From Candidatus Falkowbacteria bacterium (GTDB lineage Bacteria > Patescibacteriota > Patescibacteriia > CAIXNZ01), in assembly GCA_016927685.1 (NCBI GenBank), contig JAFGMD010000024.1, forward strand, positions 7,314 to 71,313: a DNA stretch of 64,000 bases, in the 5' to 3' direction. How positions within the stretch are numbered: position 1 is the stretch's first letter; each line of letters begins with the position of its first letter. Below the pieces are notes generated by a model. It ran no database searches, was not told the DNA's origin, and saw nothing but the letters and a program-made list of their open reading frames with translations. Of this stretch, positions 37,221-45,858 are shown piece by piece. The translations under genes and the position numbers were made by a program.

Positions 37221-38825
37221 ATGGAGATAAAGAATATATATACTAAAATAAAAGAACTGATTGAAAGGAATCAGTTCGTTTTGTATTTAGTTATTTTTAT
37301 TATTGTATTATTTACTTATTTATGGGTTCAATCAAGCCCGACCTTTTTAGATCCAGATTCATATTATCATTTGAAAATATCTAGGCTTATATATGAAAAT
37401 AGAGGCCCAATAATAAATTTTCCCTGGCTTCAATTCACGGTTTTAAAAAATTATTATATTGATCATCATTTTTTATACCATGTTTTAGCCGTCCCCTTCA
37501 TTTTGCTATTTGGCGATTTCCCTGGTTTTAAATTTTTTACTGTTATTCTAGCAACGGCTTTCGTATTACTTTCCTACACTTTTTTTAAGCGCTATAAATT
37601 AATATATCCTGAAATTTTTATTTTAACATTACTATTTGCCCCGGCACTTCTTTTTAGGATATCGCTAGCTAAAGCAAGCGCCTTTTCACTTTTAATTTTG
37701 TTTTTCGGGATTTACTGCCTTTTTAAAAGATATTATTACCTGTTATTTTTATTATCATTTTTTTATGTTTGGTCTTATGGTGGTTTTTTATTAATTTTGG
37801 GCGTAACAGGAATTTATGTTTTATCTGAAGCCGTTAATAAAATGATAAAAAGAAACCTAGCTAAAAGTTATAACCATAATTTAATCTTTTTATTTAAACA
37901 TATTTTTAATATTGAAAATTTGAAACTAGTATTTGCCTCTGCCACGGGGATTATCTGCGGTTTGATTATAAACCCTTATTTTCCCAAAAACCTTTTATTT
38001 TATTGGCAACAAATTGTGCAAATTGGCTTAGTTAATTATCGTAAAGTAGTTAATGTGGGTGGGGAATGGTACCCATATAATATTTCTAATTTATTACCAG
38101 ATAGTGGCGTTATTATTATTTTTGCCGCCCTTGCCCTAGTTTTATTTTTCATTTTTCACAAAAAGCAAAAAACCGAAAGTATTTTTTTTCTAATTTTAAG
38201 CATACTTTTTTTTATATTGACCCTTAAATCCAAGCGCTATGTTGAATATTTTATTCCTTTTTTAGTTTATTTTTCAGCTTTTTCATTAACACATAGCCTG
38301 CAAGGCATTAATATAGCAGAATATTTTAAAAAAATAAAAAAAGAAAGCGCAAGATTGGGCAAAATTATTTTTATTACAATTATTTATTTAGCGATTATTA
38401 TACCCACGATATTCATCAAAGATATTATTGAGATACATAAATCCTTTGAGGGCGGAATAAAATTCACGCGTTTTAGCGGTATAGCAACATATTTAAAAAA
38501 TAATAGCGCAAAAGGCGATATTATAATGCATACTTCTTGGGATGATTTTCCAATGCTATTTTATCAAAATGATAAAAATTATTATATTGTCGGCTTAGAC
38601 CCCACTTTTATGTATAAATACAATCCGAACCTTTATGAATCATATGCTGATATTACTATGGCAAAAAAATCAGATAATCTTTACCAGGAGATAAAAAACA
38701 ACTTCCGGGCAAGCTATTTTATTGTTAATAAAGGGCGTGATCAATTGGAGCGCAATTTGATCTTAGATGATAATTTTAGTAAAGTTTATGAAGATAATGA
38801 CGCTAAAATATTTAAGTTAAAATAA
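37221..38825 (+). CDS. Polytopic membrane protein (~13 TM), possible GT-C-type glycosyltransferase (ArnT/PMT-like)
   Basis: Many TM helices; early loop DPDSYYH resembles a GT-C DxD/loop motif; adjacent to a GT2 DPM-synthase-like gene. Confidence 0.45.
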   Translation: MEIKNIYTKIKELIERNQFVLYLVIFIIVLFTYLWVQSSPTFLDPDSYYHLKISRLIYENRGPIINFPWLQFTVLKNYYIDHHFLYHVLAVPFILLFGDFPGFKFFTVILATAFVLLSYTFFKRYKLIYPEIFILTLLFAPALLFRISLAKASAFSLLILFFGIYCLFKRYYYLLFLLSFFYVWSYGGFLLILGVTGIYVLSEAVNKMIKRNLAKSYNHNLIFLFKHIFNIENLKLVFASATGIICGLIINPYFPKNLLFYWQQIVQIGLVNYRKVVNVGGEWYPYNISNLLPDSGVIIIFAALALVLFFIFHKKQKTESIFFLILSILFFILTLKSKRYVEYFIPFLVYFSAFSLTHSLQGINIAEYFKKIKKESARLGKIIFITIIYLAIIIPTIFIKDIIEIHKSFEGGIKFTRFSGIATYLKNNSAKGDIIMHTSWDDFPMLFYQNDKNYYIVGLDPTFMYKYNPNLYESYADITMAKKSDNLYQEIKNNFRASYFIVNKGRDQLERNLILDDNFSKVYEDNDAKIFKLK

Positions 38826-38827
38826 AT

Positions 38828-39544
38828 ATGAAGGTTTTAATTGTTATACCGGTTTATAACGAAGAAAAAATTATAGTTAAGAATTTAAAAAAATTGTATG
38901 ATTTCGCCCAGACAAATCTAACAGCATACAATTATAAAATTATAATTGCTGATAATAATTCAAGCGATCGGACAGCTACATTAGTTAAGGAAATAGAAAA
39001 ATCTTATCCGTTAATAAGCTATGAATTTTTTGTAAAAAGAGGCAAGGGCTTAGCAGTTATGCGAACGTGGCAAAAATATCAAAATGACTTTGACATCTTT
39101 GCTTTTATGGATGCGGATTTATCAACTGATTTAAGCGCCTTGCCACTACTTATAAATTCAATTATTACAAAAAATGATATAGTTATTGGTTCTCGGTATC
39201 AAAAAGGAGCAAGCGTGCAAAAACCTTTAGTGCGCCATATTCTCTCCCTTGGTTATCGCACAATTTTGCATTTATTATTAGATACAAAAATTAATGATTT
39301 TCCCTGTGGCTTTAAGGCTATTAATAAAAAAATCCTTGAACAAATTGTTCCGCTTATTAAAAATGACCAATTCTTTTTTGATACAGAATTGGTCTATTTG
39401 GCCGAGCAACGAAATTTTATGATTGAAGAAATACCCGTAAAATGGTCTGAGCCACGAAGTAAAAGTGAAAGTAAAATTAACTTGAAAAGCGTATCATGGC
39501 GTTATTTAAAAGAGGTGTGGAGGATAAGCCGTAAGAAATATTAA
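38828..39544 (+). CDS. Family 2 glycosyltransferase (polyprenyl-phosphate sugar synthase, DPM-synthase-like)
   Basis: VIPVYNEE, ...ADNNSSDRT... and DxD FMDADLSTD. Confidence 0.8.
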   Translation: MKVLIVIPVYNEEKIIVKNLKKLYDFAQTNLTAYNYKIIIADNNSSDRTATLVKEIEKSYPLISYEFFVKRGKGLAVMRTWQKYQNDFDIFAFMDADLSTDLSALPLLINSIITKNDIVIGSRYQKGASVQKPLVRHILSLGYRTILHLLLDTKINDFPCGFKAINKKILEQIVPLIKNDQFFFDTELVYLAEQRNFMIEEIPVKWSEPRSKSESKINLKSVSWRYLKEVWRISRKKY

Positions 39545-39555
39545 AATTTTAAGGA

Positions 39556-41439
39556 TTAAATAACAGCAAATTCACCTAAAATTTTTTCTGTATCAATTAT
39601 TTTTTTAATACTACCAACGCCTGTAAGTTCAAATCCACCCATGATATCAATTAATAATATATTATCATTGATTATTGGCATATCGTAAAAATTTATTTGG
39701 ATTATTTGATTGGTTTGCCATTCGCTTGTAGGGTAAAGCCCATAGCCTAAAGTTTGTATTACACCATTAATTTTTAAAAAGTAATTTTTATCAATCTTCT
39801 GAAGCGGCTTAAAGAACAATGAAATTTTATCGCCCTCTTTATTATAGCCAAGAAATTTTATTTTTCCTCCCAAGCTTGTCTCTTGGGGGGTTTTAATATC
39901 AGGCAGTCTATTTTCATATATTTCATATAATACAGGCTCTGCTCCGTTATAATCTTTTTGCCATAGGGCGATATTATTCTTAAGCATCTTTAGGTGTAAG
40001 TTTTTTTCCCTCAATAATTTTTTTAAATTATTATCGCCCTCATAATAATAAGTAGGAACAGTGTTTTGATATTGTAAATGGAAGCCTGTTATATCATTAA
40101 AATCTACTAGTAAATACTGGGTATCATTTGGGACAATATAATCTCCTACATTGTATTGTTGTCGGCCCAAAAAGACATAGTTTAGTGCATATAATTTTTT
40201 ACGCGATGATAAATAAGTCAGAAAATCATACCCCGTTATTACAGAGTCGGATTCTGGTATTTGTTCTATAAATTCATTTCTTAATTTTACTTTTTCATAA
40301 TCTGTAATAAAAATTATTTTAATAAATGGCAAAAGTGGCCCGAGAGTTAGAAAAATATAGATAAAAGCCGAGATTAAAACAATAATTAAAACATCTTTAC
40401 TCTTTTCATAAAAGTTCATAAATTTTCTACTACTAGAAAGAGCTTTTATAGAAAAAATTGTTGAGAGGCAAAAAACTGCAATAAAGACTGTGGCATAGTG
40501 TGTTTTAAACACGATATCGCCGGGTTTAAGTATAAAAATAATACCTAAAAAGTATCCTAAACATAGTAATAAATTTTTTGGGCGGTATAGCGGAATAAAA
40601 AGAAAAACCATAAAAAATCCCAAAACAATTTCTAGATTTTGTATTATCATAATTTTTTGCAGGACTTCTGGAAATTTAATAAAAACATTTTCAATCATTT
40701 CCAGCGGGTTATTACCTAGCCAGGAATAATTTACAAAAAATTTATAAGAACCGGAAGTGGAAAAATGAGCAATAATTTTTAAGGCAAGTAAAAAATATAT
40801 TGCCGAAAGGATCATTGGGGATAAAATCCATTTTAATTTTTTTCTTTCAATAATGGCAAGAATGCCAAACATAAAAATAGCCAGCGGTATATCTTCGCGT
40901 ATTAATAAACTCAATAAAATAAATATAATAAAAGGTTTGAATTTATTTTGGTCATAAAAATAATATGCGTAAAACAGGAAAAATATTGCGAGGGGCAACA
41001 TATGAAATTCAAAAAGGTTTATATCCATGGTGACTGGGTTAAACAAGTAAAGCAAAATAACCAATAAAGATTGCAAAGGGCTTAAATGATTTTTACATAT
41101 TAAAAAAAGCGGAATAGCTGCCAGGGTAATAAATATAGTTTGTAAAAATAATAAAACAAGAGGAGATTTATAGAGAGAATAAAATGGTATGAGAAATAAA
41201 ATCAAAGGTTTAAAATGATCGCCTAAATATGAAGTGGGGTGAATAGTAAAATGGAAGAAATTGCCCAGGGAAGAGTTATAAAAAACCTGGTTAAAAATTG
41301 CCAGATCCATGGCATGATAAAGAAAGGTAAAATATTTAAATAAACAGATACTAAAAGTGAAGGCAATGTAGATTGCCATTAAAATCCAGGTTAATTTGGC
41401 TAATTTTAGCCAATCAATTGTTCTGAAGTATTTGATCAT
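39556..41439 (-). CDS. Large polytopic membrane protein (DUF2079-like)
   Basis: ~13 TM helices plus a C-terminal beta-rich extracytoplasmic domain; the N-terminal AMDLAIFNQ...HPTSYLGDHF block fits DUF2079 (family assignment from memory, uncertain). Confidence 0.45.
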   Translation of the reverse strand: MIKYFRTIDWLKLAKLTWILMAIYIAFTFSICLFKYFTFLYHAMDLAIFNQVFYNSSLGNFFHFTIHPTSYLGDHFKPLILFLIPFYSLYKSPLVLLFLQTIFITLAAIPLFLICKNHLSPLQSLLVILLYLFNPVTMDINLFEFHMLPLAIFFLFYAYYFYDQNKFKPFIIFILLSLLIREDIPLAIFMFGILAIIERKKLKWILSPMILSAIYFLLALKIIAHFSTSGSYKFFVNYSWLGNNPLEMIENVFIKFPEVLQKIMIIQNLEIVLGFFMVFLFIPLYRPKNLLLCLGYFLGIIFILKPGDIVFKTHYATVFIAVFCLSTIFSIKALSSSRKFMNFYEKSKDVLIIVLISAFIYIFLTLGPLLPFIKIIFITDYEKVKLRNEFIEQIPESDSVITGYDFLTYLSSRKKLYALNYVFLGRQQYNVGDYIVPNDTQYLLVDFNDITGFHLQYQNTVPTYYYEGDNNLKKLLREKNLHLKMLKNNIALWQKDYNGAEPVLYEIYENRLPDIKTPQETSLGGKIKFLGYNKEGDKISLFFKPLQKIDKNYFLKINGVIQTLGYGLYPTSEWQTNQIIQINFYDMPIINDNILLIDIMGGFELTGVGSIKKIIDTEKILGEFAVI

Positions 41440-41486
41440 GATAATTCAATTTTATACTATTTTTTGTTTAAGATAAAGCTGTGGTC

Positions 41487-41515
41487 TTGACAGAATTGTT
41501 AAAATATGCTATAAT
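41487..41515 (+). promoter_or_regulatory. Consensus sigma70 promoter (TTGACA-17-TATAAT)
   Basis: -35 at 41487-41492 and -10 at 41510-41515, upstream of the 41586 gene. Confidence 0.6.
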
Positions 41516-41585
41516 TCAGTAATGAATTGATAATATATAGTGTACTTTGATTTTTAACTAAAACTGAAAAAATAGGAGGAATAGA

Positions 41586-42122
41586 ATGAAAAAGTATCTG
41601 GTGTTGGCATTTGTGGCTTTTCTGGCGGTCAATTGTGCGACTAAAAAGTCAAGCGTGTACCGTACCGAGATCAAGAGGCCAGGCGTGGTTTTGTCAACTA
41701 ATGACGTTGATATCGCAACCGAGGTTGCTAACCACAACAACAATTACGCGACTCTGCCGCCAAGTATTGACGAGGCCTTGAAGGTCAACCCGCATGCTTA
41801 TGTCAAAGTTGACGCAAATGGCGTGACCTACTATGGCGAGTCTGCCAGCGGTGGGTATATGCAGGGCATCTGGGAGAATTATACTAATTCTCCTCTAGAG
41901 GTGACCATTTTCCAGCAAAATGAGCAGATAGCTCAATTCATGGTCCCGCCAAAGAAGTATACCCGCCTTGCTTTGCTCCCCGGGTCTTATCAATCAGTTG
42001 TCAAGGCTGGTAGAGAGGTTGTCCGTTCGGAATTCCTACTCAGCCCGATCAAAGGGCGAGCCTATTCATCATTAGCTAAGGAATGGTGCGATTTTACTCA
42101 ATACAATCGCACCAAAGATTAA
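41586..42122 (+). CDS. Hypothetical secreted protein on a GC-rich islet
   Basis: RBS ataggagg; signal peptide MKKYLVLAFVAFLAVNCA; GC clearly higher than the neighbours. Confidence 0.55.
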   Translation: MKKYLVLAFVAFLAVNCATKKSSVYRTEIKRPGVVLSTNDVDIATEVANHNNNYATLPPSIDEALKVNPHAYVKVDANGVTYYGESASGGYMQGIWENYTNSPLEVTIFQQNEQIAQFMVPPKKYTRLALLPGSYQSVVKAGREVVRSEFLLSPIKGRAYSSLAKEWCDFTQYNRTKD

Positions 42123-42140
42123 TAAGCATTCAAAAAATAA

Positions 42141-42172
42141 CGAGGCTGTTGTTATGACAGCCTCGTTTTTAT
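42141..42172. terminator. Bidirectional intrinsic terminator
   Basis: acgaggctgt tgttatg acagcctcgt + TTTTT. Confidence 0.7.
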
Positions 42173-42189
42173 TTTGATCCTTAATTTTG

Positions 42190-42615
42190 TTAGGGCGTTG
42201 TTCCGCCTTGTTCAATTCCATTGCCGCCAGGAGCAAAAATTCCGCCCTGTGAAGAGTTTATAATTACATAAAAGACAAAATTAGTAATAGCATAAGCAGA
42301 AATTATAATAACTAAGCCGATTATTGCGTAATAAATTATGTTTTTCCCTTTTTTCACCGCATCTTCCTTCCCTTGGGCTGTCATATATATAAAGCCGCCA
42401 TATATTATTAAAATAACAGCAGCAATCCCCAAAATGGTCAGGGCAGTTCTTATTAAAACAGCAGCAATTTGCTGCGGCGAAGTATAACTGCCGCCATATA
42501 CCTGTTGGCCAAAGCTATTTACATTTTCGCTGATACTAAAAGCGCCTGCTAGATTTGGCAATAAACAAAGAGAAATTAATATTAAGTAAAATAATTTGTA
42601 TAAATTTTTGTTCAT
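42190..42615 (-). CDS. Pilin-like two-helix membrane protein, paralog 1 (VirB2/TrbC-like topology)
   Basis: Signal/TM, then conserved core ILGIAAVILIIYGGFIYMTAQGKEDAVKKGKNIIYYAIIGLVIIISAYAITNF, then a Gly-rich tail. Confidence 0.6.
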   Translation of the reverse strand: MNKNLYKLFYLILISLCLLPNLAGAFSISENVNSFGQQVYGGSYTSPQQIAAVLIRTALTILGIAAVILIIYGGFIYMTAQGKEDAVKKGKNIIYYAIIGLVIIISAYAITNFVFYVIINSSQGGIFAPGGNGIEQGGTTP

Positions 42616-42636
42616 AAAAATTATTATTATAAACTA

Positions 42637-43197
42637 TTATATTGGCGGGTTTTCTGGGGCAGTCGGCGTTTGCGGCTGGTCTATTGTGTGCGTACAACCA
42701 CAGCCCGTTGCACAGCATGATTGGCTGCAACATTCTAGCTCCCCCTGATTGCGATAACTGCAGCAATAACAAGAAAAGTAATCTCTATCTTCTGGATTTT
42801 CGCATCTTTCTGTAAAAGGAGGAGGAGTAGCGCCTGGTTGCTCTAAATTTTTGGCAACAAAATAAGTAATAGAATAACCTGAAATAATAATTACCAGGCC
42901 AACTACAGCCGTAGTGATTGTTTTTTTACCGCTACTAACCTTTTTTTCATCACCCTGTGAAGTTAAATATAAATATCCTCCGTATATTAATAATATTGTA
43001 AAGATAATGCCAATGAGGGTAAAGGCCACTTTAATGATGCTTGCTGCGTATTGTTGCGGCGTTGTGGTTTCCCCATAGCCAACTTGAGTAGCAGTGCTAG
43101 TAAGCCCTTGCAGGAATTTTGAGGCCTGAATTTCTTGGCAGGACAATAAAATTCCTAAACTAATAACGATTATTAAAATGATAATTTTTTTGTTCAT
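42637..43197 (-). CDS. Pilin-like paralog 2 with an extremely Cys-rich C-terminal tail
   Basis: Core LIGIIFTILLIYGGYLYLTSQGDEKKVSSGKKTITTAVVGLVIIISGYSITYF, and tail CENPEDRDYFSCYCCSYRNQGELECCSQSCCATGCGCTHT (14 Cys in ~40 aa). Confidence 0.6.
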   Translation of the reverse strand: MNKKIIILIIVISLGILLSCQEIQASKFLQGLTSTATQVGYGETTTPQQYAASIIKVAFTLIGIIFTILLIYGGYLYLTSQGDEKKVSSGKKTITTAVVGLVIIISGYSITYFVAKNLEQPGATPPPFTERCENPEDRDYFSCYCCSYRNQGELECCSQSCCATGCGCTHTIDQPQTPTAPENPPI

Positions 43198-43601
43198 ATT
43201 TGTACTTCTATTGACGGCTCAGTTGTTTCTTGTGGTTCAAGGAGGGAAGCCACAAAATACGAAATTGAATAAGCAGTTACAATGATGGCCAAGCCAATTA
43301 TTGCGCTAATTATTATTTTTTTCGCCTTATTGACATTTTCCTCATTTCCTCTGGCTGTCATCCAGACATAGCCTCCATAAATAACTAGAATAAAAAATAC
43401 TACTCCAACTAGGCCTAAAATTGCTTGTATGATCCTGACTACAATTTCAGTCCACCCTATGCCAGTTTCTAAGCCTGCTTCGCCGGCTGATGTATTAATA
43501 TATTGACCTGAATTTTGAATATTCAAGGCCAGGCAGGGGAGCGCTGACATGCCAAGGAGAACTATTAGTAAAAATATTATAAAAGTAATTTTTTTTCGCA
43601 T
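43194..43601 (-). CDS. Pilin-like paralog 3
   Basis: Core ILGLVGVVFFILVIYGGYVWMTARGNEENVNKAKKIIISAIIGLAIIVTAYSISYF; 4-nt overlap with paralog 2. Confidence 0.6.
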   Translation of the reverse strand: MRKKITFIIFLLIVLLGMSALPCLALNIQNSGQYINTSAGEAGLETGIGWTEIVVRIIQAILGLVGVVFFILVIYGGYVWMTARGNEENVNKAKKIIISAIIGLAIIVTAYSISYFVASLLEPQETTEPSIEVQI

Positions 43602-43609
43602 AGTAATGA

Positions 43610-44026
43610 TTAAATTTGATAAATTTGGTCCGAGTCCTGTTCTGGCGTTTCCGGTTCAATGGCCGAGGAAATAAAATATGTTATTGAATAAGCCGCTGCC
43701 ACTATTAATAAGCCTATTACAGCGTAAATAATAATTTTTTTAGCTTTTTGAACTTTTTCTGTAGTCCCTGCCGCAGTCATATATAAAAAACCTCCATAGA
43801 TAATTAATACTACAAACATGGCACCAACAAGACCCAAAAATAAGTTAATTACCATCGCTACTACTTCGGCAAACTCCGCTTTTTGCAAACCTGTTTCGGT
43901 TTGTGTCTGCTGGGTAAATTCATTAATATTTTGCAAGCTATAGGCATTGAGCAGAGAAGCAGAAAATAAAAAAATACCAAACAGAATGGTTGTTAAAAGA
44001 AAAAATTTTAAATATTTACTAGGCAT
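43610..44026 (-). CDS. Pilin-like paralog 4
   Basis: Core FLGLVGAMFVVLIIYGGFLYMTAAGTTEKVQKAKKIIIYAVIGLLIVAAAYSITYF. Confidence 0.6.
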   Translation of the reverse strand: MPSKYLKFFLLTTILFGIFLFSASLLNAYSLQNINEFTQQTQTETGLQKAEFAEVVAMVINLFLGLVGAMFVVLIIYGGFLYMTAAGTTEKVQKAKKIIIYAVIGLLIVAAAYSITYFISSAIEPETPEQDSDQIYQI

Positions 44027-44039
44027 GTTTAAGATTTAT

Positions 44040-44414
44040 TTATTGCCCGCCAACTGCCTGAAAAATAAGTGCTGTTATGGCATATGCGGCCCCCAGAACA
44101 ATAGCGCCGATAATTGACCACTTAATTACCTCCTTGCCCTTATCGACTTTTTTAGAATCACCAGCCGCACTCATTATTAAAATTCCGCCGTATACCATTA
44201 AAAATAAGAAAAGCGAACCAGCAATGGCCAAGGCAGCGCCGGCAATGCGGCCCAGAAATACTGGTGCATCAATCATAAGGCTTTCGCCTAGCCCTGCCTC
44301 TTTAGCCGTGGTTGATAAACCATGATCTCCTTGAGCAGAAACAGTATTAGCGCCATAAATAGAAAATAATAAAATAAAAATTTTTGTAATACTTGTTATA
44401 TATTTTTTAATCAT
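44040..44414 (-). CDS. Pilin-like paralog 5 (C-terminus ends GGQ)
   Basis: Core LAIAGSLFLFLMVYGGILIMSAAGDSKKVDKGKEVIKWSIIGAIVLGAAYAITAL. Confidence 0.6.
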   Translation of the reverse strand: MIKKYITSITKIFILLFSIYGANTVSAQGDHGLSTTAKEAGLGESLMIDAPVFLGRIAGAALAIAGSLFLFLMVYGGILIMSAAGDSKKVDKGKEVIKWSIIGAIVLGAAYAITALIFQAVGGQ

Positions 44415-44426
44415 ATTGACTATTAA

Positions 44427-44460
44427 ATATTAAGGGCAGACGATTGCCTGCCCTTAATAT
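44427..44460 (-). terminator. Strong hairpin between paralogs 6 and 5 (possible internal terminator/attenuator)
   Basis: 13-bp perfect inverted repeat atattaagggcag / ctgcccttaatat with an 8-nt loop; the downstream U-run is weak (aauauuu). Confidence 0.4.
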
Positions 44461-44467
44461 TCCTTAA

Positions 44468-44842
44468 TTACTGTTGAGATGTCGCATTAATAATATTGGT
44501 CAAAACGAAATTGGCAATGGCATATGCCGATAAGATAATCACAAGACCTATTACGCCCTGAAAGATAAGCTTCTTTGCAGTTTTTACGTTTTCTTCATTA
44601 CCCATGGCAGTCATCCATTTAAAGCCGCCTACTAATATGATAACCACGGCAACTACGCCTAAAAGGCCCATGGCCACATTAATTATTGTGGCAATAGTTG
44701 TTCTGATGTCGCCTGTGGGTAAACCGGTTGAAGTAACATAGCTTAAGCCCACATCTAAAGTTGTTTGCGCTGCGACTAATTCTGGCAAAAGAATTAGGGC
44801 TAAAAGTCCTAATATCATGCCAATTTTCATCCCTTTTTTCAT
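44468..44842 (-). CDS. Pilin-like paralog 6
   Basis: Core AMGLLGVVAVVIILVGGFKWMTAMGNEENVKTAKKLIFQGVIGLVIILSAYAIANF. Confidence 0.6.
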   Translation of the reverse strand: MKKGMKIGMILGLLALILLPELVAAQTTLDVGLSYVTSTGLPTGDIRTTIATIINVAMGLLGVVAVVIILVGGFKWMTAMGNEENVKTAKKLIFQGVIGLVIILSAYAIANFVLTNIINATSQQ

Positions 44843-45000
44843 AATTGGATCCTTCTTAGCTTAGTTAATTCACTAAGCAATAAGATTAATTATTTAAATA
44901 TATTTATCCGTTTAAAAGCGGTTTTTAAAAAAACATTATCTTTATAATATTATACTATTTTAGCTTTCAAACCGCAATATTTAAATATTTTTTATTATAT

Positions 45001-45372
45001 TTATGTGCCACTCTGTGTAATACCCGTTATAATATAATTTACAAAAATATAGCTGCCAAATATTATTAAAAGTCCGATTACAGACCAAATTAGTATGTCT
45101 TTGCCCTTTTTAACCATATCTGGGTTGCCATGGGAAGTCAGCATAAACATGCCGCCATAGATAAACATAATAAAGGCAATTGAGCCAACTATAGCCAAAA
45201 CAGCTTTTATGATTCGCCCTATTAATTTTTGCACTCCGGCCTCTCCCGGCTCAAGCTTAATAGGCGAAATATCACTAATACTTACTTGACCTAATGCGGG
45301 AATATAATTAAGAAATATTCCTATAGTGGCCAATAATATTGTTATTAAGATAAGAAATCTAATTTTTTTCAT
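45001..45372 (-). CDS. Pilin-like paralog 7
   Basis: Core VLAIVGSIAFIMFIYGGMFMLTSHGNPDMVKKGKDILIWSVIGLLIIFGSYIFVNY. Confidence 0.6.
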   Translation of the reverse strand: MKKIRFLILITILLATIGIFLNYIPALGQVSISDISPIKLEPGEAGVQKLIGRIIKAVLAIVGSIAFIMFIYGGMFMLTSHGNPDMVKKGKDILIWSVIGLLIIFGSYIFVNYIITGITQSGT

Positions 45373-45388
45373 AAAAATTTATATTAAT

Positions 45389-45853
45389 TTATTTACATTC
45401 TCCGGTTTGGACGTCACATTTTTTGCCCGCTGGGCAATTAGCATCGCTTTTACACGGGCAGATGAGCTTTGATTCAATCCATTGCTGGGGGTCTGAAATT
45501 TCACCGCCTGAAACAACAACCAATATAAAGGCAATAATAAAATATGCCAAAAAAATAATGGCCATCCCAATTAAGGCATTAATTATTATATCTTTACCCT
45601 TTTTAACTTGATTTGGGTTACCACCAGAAATCAGCATTGTAAAACCGCCATAAATAAAATATAGCAGCAACAAACTTCCAACTATAGCTAAAATGAATTT
45701 GCCAATATTTATCGCCACATTGACCATATCACAAAGTGTGCAATCTCCAGTCGCAGTGCAAGGTGGTAAGATTTGGGCATTTGCGCATTTTATTCCAAAA
45801 AACAATATAAAAATTATTACGAATAAGCTGAGGATGTATTTTTTGTTTAACAT
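45389..45853 (-). CDS. Pilin-like paralog 8 with Cys-rich N- and C-terminal exposed segments
   Basis: Core ILAIVGSLLLLYFIYGGFTMLISGGNPNQVKKGKDIIINALIGMAIIFLAYFIIAF; N-terminal CTATGDCTLCD and C-terminal CPCKSDANCPAGKKCDVQTGECK. Confidence 0.6.
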   Translation of the reverse strand: MLNKKYILSLFVIIFILFFGIKCANAQILPPCTATGDCTLCDMVNVAINIGKFILAIVGSLLLLYFIYGGFTMLISGGNPNQVKKGKDIIINALIGMAIIFLAYFIIAFILVVVSGGEISDPQQWIESKLICPCKSDANCPAGKKCDVQTGECK

Positions 45854-45858
45854 ATAAT

